DNA of 64,000 bases from Orbicella franksi (lineage: Eukaryota). The position numbers and the translations under genes were made by a program. The notes under the pieces are model-generated. The model ran no database searches and was not told the origin of the DNA. It saw only the letters and a program-made list of their open reading frames with translations. Shown piece by piece: positions 47,459-59,400 of this stretch; position 1 is the first letter of the stretch; every line of letters starts with the position of its first letter. Where the stretch lies: assembly GCA_964199315.1 (NCBI GenBank), contig OZ116710.1, positions 5,146,001-5,210,000 on the forward strand, written 5' to 3'.

Positions 47459-50400
47459 CCTCTGGAGAGTCCAATCTAGTGTAAACAAATTATATGGGTT
47501 TTGATTGGCCAAGCGATGAAAAATTAACACAAACATGCTGAAATGATGTCAAACAGTGTGTTATTTAAATTAAAAGAGTACATTCCTCTCTCTAAGACCG
47601 ATGCACGTGGGGGTATTGTTTTTATTATTCTGCAAACTTAGCAGGGACGCAGGAATTTTGAGTAGCTTATTTTCAAGGGATTACTAAAAAAAAGTAAAAG
47701 GGTGAAAATTAATTTAAGTGTCAAATGTTCAATGTTGAAAGAGTGTCTGTATGTAAATTGAATAAAGAATTACTTAAAGAAACAGCTTACGTTGTTTTCA
47801 AGTTATTTTGAACTAATTAGTTTATGGAAAGACGAACTTGGGCCTTGATTGGTTTTTGGTTTTACTGTTCAGGAGAAAGACCATAAATTTCCTAAATTTA
47901 AACGGGGACTACGAAGTCAAACTTGACGATAACATTTATCTCTGTAAGGAAGCCCTCGGAGTACCAACGGTCTGAAGGTAGCGACCTCAAAACTAACTTG
48001 ACTTGCTGTTAAGGAACAAAGCAAAACAACAAAATGTAATGCGTCACTCAGTGCCATACATTCTTGGTAAACAAGTGAGCAAAGTTGAGCATTTATTCAC
48101 GTTTTCCAGGTCGCAAATTGTCCTCAATTTGCCCGAAAAATTTGAATAAAAAAGATTACTACTTAACGAAAAACTGTTTCTGTTGAGGATATTTTGAAAA
48201 AGGATTTCGCCAAAACTATTTCACGAACGTTTCATCTAAGCCATCTGTATTGCAAAATTCCGACCCCTCATGATCAGTTTTCCATGTGAAAAATACAGCG
48301 TATTGTCTTATTCGACGGTCAAACAAGGCCTCCTCGATCTCGCGTTTTTTTCAGTGCGCCATAATTTTTTTCTTATTATTATTTTTCATAACCTTTATTA
48401 ACTATATTGTACTCAGTTACATCAATAAATGTGAAAGGCTACGCTACAAGCATGCGCGCACACGCCCACACACACAGTACGTCATGTTGGTAAGTTCAAC
48501 AGTTTGTTATTTCCGTTTGTCCCCCCGTGTGCTTATCTCTATTTATTCGTTTTATTTTTATCTCGGTTAAGTATAAGGGTGTTAGGTAAATAAACGTCAT
48601 GGGAGATCTGTAATTTAAAAAACAAACGAAGCAAATTTTAAGGAATCGAGCCCGTCTATTTTTTAGACACCAAGTCTGCAAACTTCAGAGTTCACTGACA
48701 TTCGCGTCGATCGAGATGTTTGACTTTTTCTTTTTTAAAAAAAAAATTGTTCATATCAACGTTTTGTTTTGTCTTCGTGTAGTTCTCACCAGATTCCCTT
48801 CTGAATCTGAAATAATTGCCAGCTTCGTTCACAGTGTTCTTTTTTCCATAGACATAAGCATAATAATTATGTATTAATAATATTAAACATATCATTATAT
48901 ATTACGTTTGGAGATTACACTGGACAAGCTGCTCACAGGTCAGAAAATCGCCAAAAATGTCCGTGGAAAAACTTACGAAGCTTCGTTGTCTTGTAAAAAA
49001 AACGCTTTAAAGTGCACGACCCACTAGGGAATATTTACAGTTTTTGCATACCACCTGTCTCCAACGCCTGAATAAAAAGCGAAACACTGAACACTGCGGC
49101 AAGGTACTTATTAGGCAGAGCCGCACTGTTCAGGTACAGCAACAGCGGAGACCAAAGATTGGAAAGCTTGTTTTACTCGACACACATCTCTACACAGGGC
49201 CACCCTGTACTCTACGGGTAAGAACATTTCAAACCCGTGAAGCCTTTATACTGTATTATGAGACAGAAGTATTCAAGTGGTTAGTCCTCGGTGGTTAGTC
49301 AAAATCCACAAAGCGAACCACCTTCTGTCAAGAGGTTACGGAATCGGTCGAACATTTGCTTTCCTCCTGTAGGGCATCTTTCGATTTTTGGAAACACATC
49401 TTGTCCGAACTAAGAGATAATGATGTCCATTGTACCATTTAGGCCTATATTGTATTAATGAGTCGGATTTGATCTCGGGAAAATTTGCTATATTGGGTAA
49501 ATATTATATCGACTGTAGGAGATGTTTGAATGGCTTACCTACCGTACTTAGATCAAGGTTTTATTGCTAGAACAAGGCGTGTAACCAAAATCGAGCTCCA
49601 TATTGCCAAGGAGAAGAATAAGCTCCTTAAGCATATTCAAAAGTGGGAAAAGTTAATTTTCTGAACCCTGGTAGCTGGTTAAAGATTATTCGAAAGCAGG
49701 CAGAGGTAAATCAGAAGTTACACAATATAAGACAACTCTATACTCTCTAAAAGAATCGGCGTCATTATAGAGCGAATTGTCTTACATACTTATCGTGTAG
49801 CCGTGACAATTTTTGAATGTTAACCACTGTCAACTCAGTTATTTAGGCTTACAACCTCTCACATTGGCATGCAAACCTCGAGTACATCACAAACTCCGTG
49901 TACGCGCGCATGTACGAAACGCCAGCACGAGAGGAGGATCAAAGACCATCAAACTAACTGACTATGAACTGATCAGCGACTTGTGTCTGAGATGCTTTCT
50001 ACAGAAAACAATTTTCAGTAATTTGTAACCAAACATCGACAATTGCGGTCTAAAGTTTCAAGTAAGTCTCCGTTGGCAAGTCTCCGAAACGCCGCTGGAA
50101 CGTGCAAATCCCATCAAGTGCAGCTAGCTGGGATTCCTCTTTGGAGACGCTTGACACAAAAGTCAATCAATGGATTGAATTCCGTCTAGATTGATATTGT
50201 TGTTGCTGTTGGTGTTTTAACAAAAAAGCGTATTTCTCTCATTAAGGCAAATTTACTTTAGAGAGAGTTTCTTCAAATTCCCAGCTAGCTCATGATGCCA
50301 CCACTTCTGACGTTTACAAAATTTTACGAGAAATCTGAAAGAGAAAATGCCCTCAAAATGTAAGTTAATTAGTCGATATTGCCACGTAACTCGCCCACCT

Positions 50401-53400
50401 TTTTCTGTACATGCAATTGCAACTATTTTTCTTATATCCAGAATATTTTTGTCCACTTCAAAGTTTGAGGGATAAACAAACCGCAATTACCGGAATTCAA
50501 ATGATTTTTTAAATTTTTTTTTCCTGAAGGAGTTATAGCTAGGAGAATCGAGGAAAGTCTTCATGGAAAAAACTCGTGAGTGATACGCCACAATAAGTTT
50601 AAAAAAAATACTGTGAGTTGGAGGAAGTAGGAGCCTTCGTCTTCCGCTATTCCTGTTTCGTCGACCTAAGTGAAAAGCGACGGGTTTTTATATGGAGTAC
50701 GGAGAAAAATTGGGAAGATCTTCTTGTACAGATAAGACGAGTTTTCAACACGAAGCGAGCCTGTATAACTTTTCTGGTTAAATTCGCAATGAAGCTGAAA
50801 CGACAAGACCGAAAGATGTTCTGGGTATAATATTTACTCGTATTTGGCGTGTATTGGTGAAGAAGAAACTTACATATTTGTATTTTTGAACGTGAAGTAT
50901 TTGTTTTTCCTCGCATGACAGCTTGCACGATGCGTTTTGCTGTACATGCAGCATTGCGTGGCTTTTGAGCGTGGATAAGAACATGTTTCCTCATGCCTGA
51001 AGAAAAAATAACTTACGTGATCACGCTTTGTCTGCCATGTCTCATAGGTAATAAAAATGTAATGAAACTAATAAAAATGCTCTGTTCTGATTGGCTGAAC
51101 TACTGCACGCTATCAACCGTTAGTATATACAGCGGTTAGAGGTCGTCCACAAAGTGGCGACATTTGACCGCATGAAAAGAGCCTTTAACAATTATTCCAT
51201 GAGCCCACATTGGATGCGAGCTGATAGTAATAACAAACGAGGCAACGAATTTGTTAAAATCACCCCTTATCCAACAAGGGCGAATGGAATAGTTCTCTTA
51301 TTAGAACGACTGGATGGATGGTGTGGACATTTCAGTTTGGTCTAAACGAAGCGATGGCCTGAAAAAGGCGGGAAAATTGGCGCGCGCGTGTTTCTCACTT
51401 TGGAGTTGAATGGCGCTCGTCCCGAAAGCAAGCAAGAAAGAGGTTTCCTGTGTTTCTTCCGAAATATCCTTCTCATTTAATCGCTTCCAAATTTGTCTAC
51501 GTTCTGGAAAAATGTGACAAACGACGAACGATTTAAGGGAAGACCCGAAGAAGCAGTGTTGCTGAAAGTTATACGGCGCCTTGTTCAAGTCAAATGAAGC
51601 CAGAGTTTACTTGTTTGCACCGACTGTCATCATGAAGACTACAGATTGTGTTGCTCAGAATCGATCGGGTTCACTGAAGCACAAAAGGACAAGACTCAAT
51701 TGTAAGGTAACAAGCTTTAATTGATGATAGTGACATTTTGTGGTTTAGAGTTCGGAATGGTATTGTCTGTTATTTCCTGTAGTTGGGGAAGCTGGAAAGG
51801 AGAAAGTACATCGAAACGGCTCAACGAGATGTTGCCTTCAATACCCAAGGCCAAATAATAATACATATCGTTTGGTCATAGAAATGTTAACCAAGTATAA
51901 GCGGCGTTAACGATGATAGAGGAAAATAACATGATGCAGAATCCTCATTGCAAACAGCTTTAAAGCCATTCTGTAAAATATAATTGGAAAGTATGAATTG
52001 AACCCATTTTGTAATCACTTTTCGACTGTAAACGACCTTTGTTATGGGCCTTGCTATGTTGAAATATAGCTACTAATGTGTTGATGCCTTAGGTGATCTT
52101 ATACCCAGAAATATTAAGTCTCTCCTCCAAAAACTATTTTTCCGAAATATGAACATTCAACATCTCTGAGCATTTGCAAAACGATTTTTCTTTAATTACT
52201 TGTTTTAGATTTAGAAATCTGCCCTCATGAGTGTCAAGGTTATCGAAAGGAGATGAACCGATCTCTCTTTCAGACACAAGGTCTGCAAATTACGGAAATA
52301 GTTGACACTCGTCTGATGCAAATTGATTTGCCAGGTGCTTTTCTCTGAATGATTGAAAAAAAAAAAAAAAAAAAAAAAAAAACCTCCAAAGGTAGTTCTC
52401 TTCACAAACATGTCTTTCAAATTCCTGGCCCGTACCCTCATATCTTCAATTAATAAGTAGATATAGCCTGTAAAAACCTTCGCATATTTGACAGATTTTG
52501 CATTCCTGTTCCATAATCCAACTATATCGAACGACCTGTCGTGATCACGCGCGCATTTACCGCATTTACCAAACAAAGCATTTACCGAGGCACGCACGTA
52601 CTAAGGACTACTGGAGAAAGATTGGAACAATTGTTATATGGCGGCAACACATGGTGAGGTAAGGATAAGTTCACCTGTGGATCTAACTTATCGATGGATG
52701 CAGACACATAATGAAAATAACAAACGACAAATATTTAATTTTTTTTTTTTTTTTTTATTCATAAGTGTGTTCAACGATTAGCAGTAGTTTAAATCTAAAC
52801 AAAGAAGAACAAATCCAACGATAAGACAGCAAGTTAACTTTTGCTCTTTGATGATTGTACTCATGAACAGTCATGAAGTTTCCATTTTGGTCCTCAATGC
52901 TTGTTTACAATGTATGGATACAAGCTTGTAGTTGTTGATGGCATAACTTCAATAATATGAAGTTGGCTCTGTTTTGTTTTGTTTTGGCTTGTTTTTTCTC
53001 TTCGCGAATTGTTTTGGATGTGAATAAGTAATGTCGTGTTGAAGCAATTAGCGCTGAATCTAAGTCAAGAAACAGAAATAGGAGTTGCGCTAACCCAAGC
53101 GGAAGAACGGCACTCGGCAAGGTAAAATCTCCTTCTTACTACTCATGTCGTACCAAGACGAAACAGGATTGATCGGGACGAATCAAGACTCGCCTTTCAT
53201 TGACTCCAAGGAGACGCATCTCCCTGAAGTTAAACAATTGATTTGTCGTGTTGTCCAATATTTACAATGTATGTGTTGCCAGTTTCCTTACACAGAATCA
53301 ATTCTCCATTCTCTCTTGCTTATTATCGAACATAATTGATGTTTGATTTCTCAACTCAGTTTGCGTTCTGTTAAGAAGTTACTCTTTGTTTTGTAGATCA

Positions 53401-53509
53401 AAAATGTCTGGTTATTAACTAGCGAATAAGTTGCAAATCTTGTTTTGCAGCCAACCTCAAGGTGATTTTTTAGGTTTGGGCCATGGTGTTTCGAAGTCTT
53501 GTCCATATC

Positions 53510-54050
53510 TATTTACTTCTGAACTAGTACCCGTTTTTATACCGAAATTAGCAACGTTCTATAGTGTTTTACCGAAAGCAATAAATTTACAGAAAGCAAC
53601 AAATCGAGCAGAAACATAATTCCTATAAGCCAGCTTTTCAACGGTTCATGATCTATGGCCAATTCTTTCTGCCATATTTTTCGGCCAGTTCCTTCTCTTT
53701 TACAGGCGTCTACTGTTTTGTTTCTTGCAATGCTCACATAACTACAACCAATTTATCTCGAGTTATTTTTGGTGCGTTCTCGTATTTACTTCTGAACTTG
53801 TACCCGTTTTTAAACCGAAATTAAAAACTTTCTATAGTGTTTTACCGAAAGCAACAAGCCAGTCTTACAAATCGAGCAAAAACATAATTCCTATAAGCCA
53901 GCTTTTCAATGGTTCTTGATCTATGGCCAATTCTTTCTGCCATTTTTTTTGGGCCAGTTCCTTCTCTTTTACAGACGACTTCAGTCTTGTTTTTTGCAAT
54001 ACTGACAGCACTACAACCAATTTAACACGAGTTTTTTTGGTGCGTTCTCG
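53510..54050. repeat. Diverged tandem duplication, 273-bp period, 2 copies
   Basis: tatttacttctgaact...ggtgcgttctcg starts at 53510 and again at 53783. Confidence 0.9.
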
Positions 54051-56168
54051 TGTCTTTTAAGTCACCCGATTTACCTGAGATTTATGAAGCTCTTACGCGG
54101 ATTCCTTCCTTTACTCACCCAGGTTCTCTACGCAAAATTTTGGATGAATCCCAGTTGAGTGAATGAAAATGTTGAGCATTTAATTTACCCGAAGACTAAG
54201 CAAAGAATCGGTGATTATGTATTACTTTAAAACGGAGAAATCAACACAGCTTCCGCGGAATGAAAGTTTTATTCTGAAGATGTTGCTTACTAATGGAGAA
54301 GACATACACACGATTTTGTAGTTGTTGTTGTTGTTTGTCAATCGTAACCTTCTCTTTATATTCCAGTATGGTTGTGCTGGTTTGCTGATTGTTTTTGGTG
54401 CTTTCCTTGCTGTAAGAAAAAGTTATGATGAGAAAATTAATTGCTCGTGGATGTATCTGGATTTTACTCTGAACAATCATTAGTTAAAAGTTGTGCTATT
54501 AATGAAACGTTATGTTGAAACTTGGTTGTTTAACTATAGGCACAAACACAGGACCATAATTAAGATCAAGAGCAAGCTTAAGTATAAGTTAATGAGAAAA
54601 GCAGCCACAACGGACAAAAATTAACGTGAAAAGAGCGAACACAGGTTAAGAACACAAGCCCCGTGAAACTGTTGTTGCCACCACGAATCACAGCGAGAGA
54701 AGTACAAGGGGAATGATCAGTTCAATCTTTCTACTGCTTTCGTTTATGCTATGTCCTATCGGCTAGTGAAGGCTAAAGAATAATAGGCATGTCGCTCAGA
54801 CAAAAACTATACGCTTAGTAATGTTTTGGCACAAGATTTGCCATGAACTGTTCGATTCCTCAGCGATAATTCCTTACAGCCATGTCGCTTTAGTCGTTAT
54901 TATGAGCACTCTTTTTTATAAGAATATATTTTATAGGAATATCGAGGCTGAAATTTGCGAAATTTTAAGAATGATGAAACCGAGGTTGGGATTTCGAGAA
55001 GACTAGCATTTTTACGTGTGGAAAATTTGTAAATACATGCAACACAATTATGTGTTTTTAACTCAACCGTATAAAATACTACCTTTCTCTAGACGGCAAA
55101 ACTAGCAAAAAAAAACCAATTTATTTACAAATACAACAAGAAAAGCAGTGTGTCAATAACAAATCTGTAAGAAGTTATGTATGAGTGTCATATCAGGCTT
55201 CAGAGGCTTCCTTGCCTGCAGTTTGGCTGGAAAACTACTTCAACGCTATCTCGACACCAAACACTTGTAACTGATATCTCGGATACATTCTTTTAAAACG
55301 GAAGTATCATACGCTACAATCTAAGACTATTTTCAGCCTAAAATCGACAGAAAAGTATGAATATTTAGCCTGGGCCGGAAAAACAATATTCACCTATATA
55401 AAAAAGAGTGTACTGTATGAGTATGCTTATGGCGTTCAGCTGCGTTCCGAGAGAAGACACTGAGCTTAATCCTCACCCCAGTTCAGTGTCTGCTGATAAC
55501 GTTACCTGAATGTCAGCAAAACCGGATCAAACAAATGGTTCCTCACTTTTTACACATTGCCTTAACTTCGGTTATGACGAATTCCATTTAGCGTGCACGT
55601 TCGTTGATACAAAACTTATCCTCAACCTGTCGTAGAGAGATATTCTTTAGGTGGCCCAGCACAGGTTTTGTTGTGGAAGTAATTGGCTTTTCTGCTTCAG
55701 TTCAATCCTTGCAAATACGATATGTGACAGACAGCATATCGAACTCTAGGTGAGACAATATCCATAACAATCGCATTAAGAACAGCTCCGCACGCGTTTC
55801 ATATTTTATCGTAACTGGAGTGTGATGACATGGAAGTGTCCGAATTGAAGTCGCTATTTTTGCGTGATACGTACACTCTAATAAATGGTTTGAATGTGCA
55901 TTTTTTTCTCATGGGTGCGATTGAGTGCGCTACACTGAAATTGTTCAATGGTGATTTCAGTACAGTAAAAAAGGACACTTGAACCGTAACGGGTACATTC
56001 TTTTGTACATTTTTTCTGGTGACGATAGACTGAGGGCCCTTAGTTTAATGCAAATCATTACCATTTTTACGCTGTAAAAAGGTTAATACTTTTGTTAATA
56101 TGAAGGGAACTCATTCTACAGTCGCCAGAAAAATGTTCAAAAAATTTCAGTTGTTCATGGTTCGAGTG

Positions 56169-56353
56169 TGTAGAAAACGTATTCAAACGACACTTTCGTA
56201 GATAAAGACTCTATTCAAAGACAAAAAAACTCCAGAATACAATTCAAGAACAACGACTTCGCATTAGTTTTGCATTCGTTCCCTTTCAGTTCAGTGTTCG
56301 AGGGGGGTCAAATCGCGTAAGTCACGTGACAAGCTCGGTCCCAGTTTTCAACA
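56169..56353 (-). repeat. 3' LTR of the BEL/Pao element
   Basis: Identical to 62037-62221 except at 2 C/T positions. Confidence 0.97.
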
Positions 56354-56365
56354 CACTCCCCCGCG
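56354..56365 (-). other. Polypurine tract
   Basis: Minus strand cgcGGGGGAGTG immediately before the 3' LTR. Confidence 0.75.
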
Positions 56366-56464
56366 TTGATTGACGTCATCAATCAAAGTTCAAAGTTCAT
56401 TTAAAGTTGAAACAATCTTACGAGCATAAACTCTATATAACAGAATGAACTCAATACATCTATC

Positions 56465-59400
56465 TTAGTCAGAATTCACGACGACAACTGGGACATCTTC
56501 GTCCCTCACTACTGTAACAGGAACATTTGCCACTCGGGGCACAGGGTTGGCAGTTCCATTATCCAACCTCACTTCCAGGGGATAGAGCCTCTGCAATGGG
56601 CGTCTCCATTCCGCGGTTGGCGAATTACCAGACTTGACTCTCACCACTGCACTTCGAACATGACCATCTCGACCAGGAAGTAATCGTTCGATCTTCCCAA
56701 GCCGCCACTGCTGTCTCGGGGTTTTGTTCTCATGTAGACACACAATATCTCCCACTTGCACTTTACGGACAGAATTTGCTCTCTTTGAGTAGCGATGGTA
56801 CTCTCTAAGTTGTGTGAGATACTCAGACTTCCATCGGTTCCAAAAATGATCCAGTGTTCGCTGTAAGAATTTGGCTCTTCTTGTAAGTGTTCCCTCAGTT
56901 TGATCAACTTCGTTCGATGAGTTCTTTGATGGTACTGACAAAATTCTGCGGCCCACTATCAGGTGTGAAGGTGTTAATGGTTCCTCCATTTCATCGAAGA
57001 CATATGTCAAGGGTCGTGAATTCAAGGCTGCTTCCACTTCTACAAGGACAGTAGACAGCTCGTCATAGTTTAACCGGGCATTTCGTATGACCTTCTTCAA
57101 ACTCAACTTGACTGATTTTACTAGACGTTCAAAGAAACCACCCCACCAAGGGGCCGCTTCGACATTGAACCTCCACTGTGTACCGTCGCACTGACAATAT
57201 GCCTGCACTCTTGAATCCTTAAATGTTTTCCCATTTTCACTGACAATCAAGACAGGAATTCCTCGTCTCCCTTTAAAGCGAGTAAGGGCTCTGATAAAAC
57301 TTTCCGCACTCAGATTTGGGACAATTTCCAGATGAACAGCTCGGGTTGCAGCGCACGTAAACAAAGCTATATAGACCTTGTTCAAATCTCCATTCTTTGA
57401 GAATACATCCTTGACATACATGGGCCCAGCGAAGTCCACTCCTACTCGAGTAAAAGCAAAGTCATCGCTCAATCGAAATTCAGGAAGAGGTGGGGGAGGA
57501 GGAACTGCATAGCTTCTGCCCTCTAACTTCTTACAAACAGAACATTTTCCTATCGCAGTTTTCACAGCCTGCCTTCCTTTTGTTACCCAGAATCTTGACC
57601 TTAGCTCTGTGAGAGTGTCCCTCACACCATTGTGAAGAACCTTGAGATGACAATCATTTATCACTAGGTAAGTTAGTCGTGAACATCTTGGAAGGAATAT
57701 TGGAAAACGAGCATCATACGGAATCGGGGCATTTTTAAGACGACCACCACACCTCAGAATTCCCTTGTCATCTGAAAACAGTGATAATGAGATCTTGACC
57801 TGGTCAAAGTTCTTGTTGTTGTATACAGATTTCTGAACCTCCTTGATCCAAAGCTCTCTTGCACAATCCACCTCTTCATGCCTTATTACTCCATCCACTA
57901 ACCTCTTCTTCATTTTACTTTGCTTGAGATTAGAAACAAATCGCACAACATATGCAGTGACTCGCACAAGTCTTTGAAGACTACTGAACCTTTCCAAGGG
58001 AATGATGCAATCAAGATTTAGTGACCTTTCTGACGTCACCTCTCCAGAGGCAATGTTTGCAAGAACTGTACCATCATGCTGCTTTGTGTGGCTGTTACAG
58101 CTTCCCTTCTTCAGTTCTAGGCAAGGATCTGAATCGTCACTTGTGACTTCAGCAGAGTTCATTGCAAGACTTGGCCACCACTGCTTTTCCTTTCTAAGGA
58201 ACTCAGGACCACTCCACCACAATTGGTTGGTGATCAGTTTCGAGGTCATCGTACCACGTGAGCAGATGTCAGCTGGATTGGATTCTGTGGGGCAATAATT
58301 CCACTGAGTTGGCTTTGTAAGTCGACGGATCTCAACCACTCTGTTTTGAATGAATTGCTTGAATTCTCTGTTTACACCCCAAATCCACCACAGAACAATT
58401 TGCGAATCTGACCAGAAGAACACAGCATCAACTTCCAATGCTCCGTCAAATGCTGTCAACACAGTATTGACCAGTCGGGCCAGAACAAGAGCACCTAGTA
58501 ACTCCAGTCGAGGTATGGTTTCTCCATTTATCGGAGCAACTCTGGTTTTTGACGATAAAAGCTGGGTGAAGACAGTTCCAGTAGTTGTTTCAAGACGTAA
58601 ATACACAACTGCTCCATAGGCTTTCTCACTTGCATCCGCAAAACCATGGAGTTGAATGCTTTGTAAATCTCCTAATGACAAGCCAAGGTGGTAGTGTCTC
58701 CTCACTTCCACCACCCCCACCTTCTTAGCATCTTGAACAAGCTTTAACCACTGTTCATGGATGAATGAATCCACGGGGTCATCCCAACCCACTCTTGTCT
58801 TGCAAATAGATTGAAAGATGATCTTCAGTAGAATGATGACTGGACTAATTAGTCCCAGGGGATCATACAACTTGCTTGTTGTACCAAGAATTGCTCTCTT
58901 CGTAACTGGACAAGTATTGCTAGTTTCTAGTGGAGAGGCCAGATCCAAGAGTAACAAATCATTTCGTCTATCCCATCCAACTCCCAGTACTTTCAGTTTT
59001 GCTGTGCTGGGGTTCTTTGACGTCTCAAACAGGGAAGTCGAGAAGGTTTGATCTTCCTCTTGAACAGGGTGCTCCTTGACAGACTTGCTTGTAACTTGAG
59101 AAGACTGGCTTTCAGATTGTTCAATTCTTTCCTGAAGGGCTTCAGAGTTGGAGACCCATTTTCTCATATTGAAGCCTCCGCTCTTGAAGGATGACTTCAG
59201 ATTCTCATACATCTCGAAAACAGAATTGTCAGAATCATCTCCACCAACAAAGTCATCCACATACAGACTTTTCAGAACTCTCTCAGCAAATTCTTTGGGG
59301 ATGTCAGCAGAAGTCAAGTGATGACGAATTGTTGCATTCAATAGGAACGGACTTGCGGAGACGCCAAATGCAACTCTTGCAAATCGATAAACTTGTAGGT

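Noticed and set aside
47500-56160. Protein-coding genes among the many 60-130 aa ORFs
   Set aside because: None has a recognisable domain or a consistent exon chain; many use non-ATG starts or run through poly-A/T tracts.
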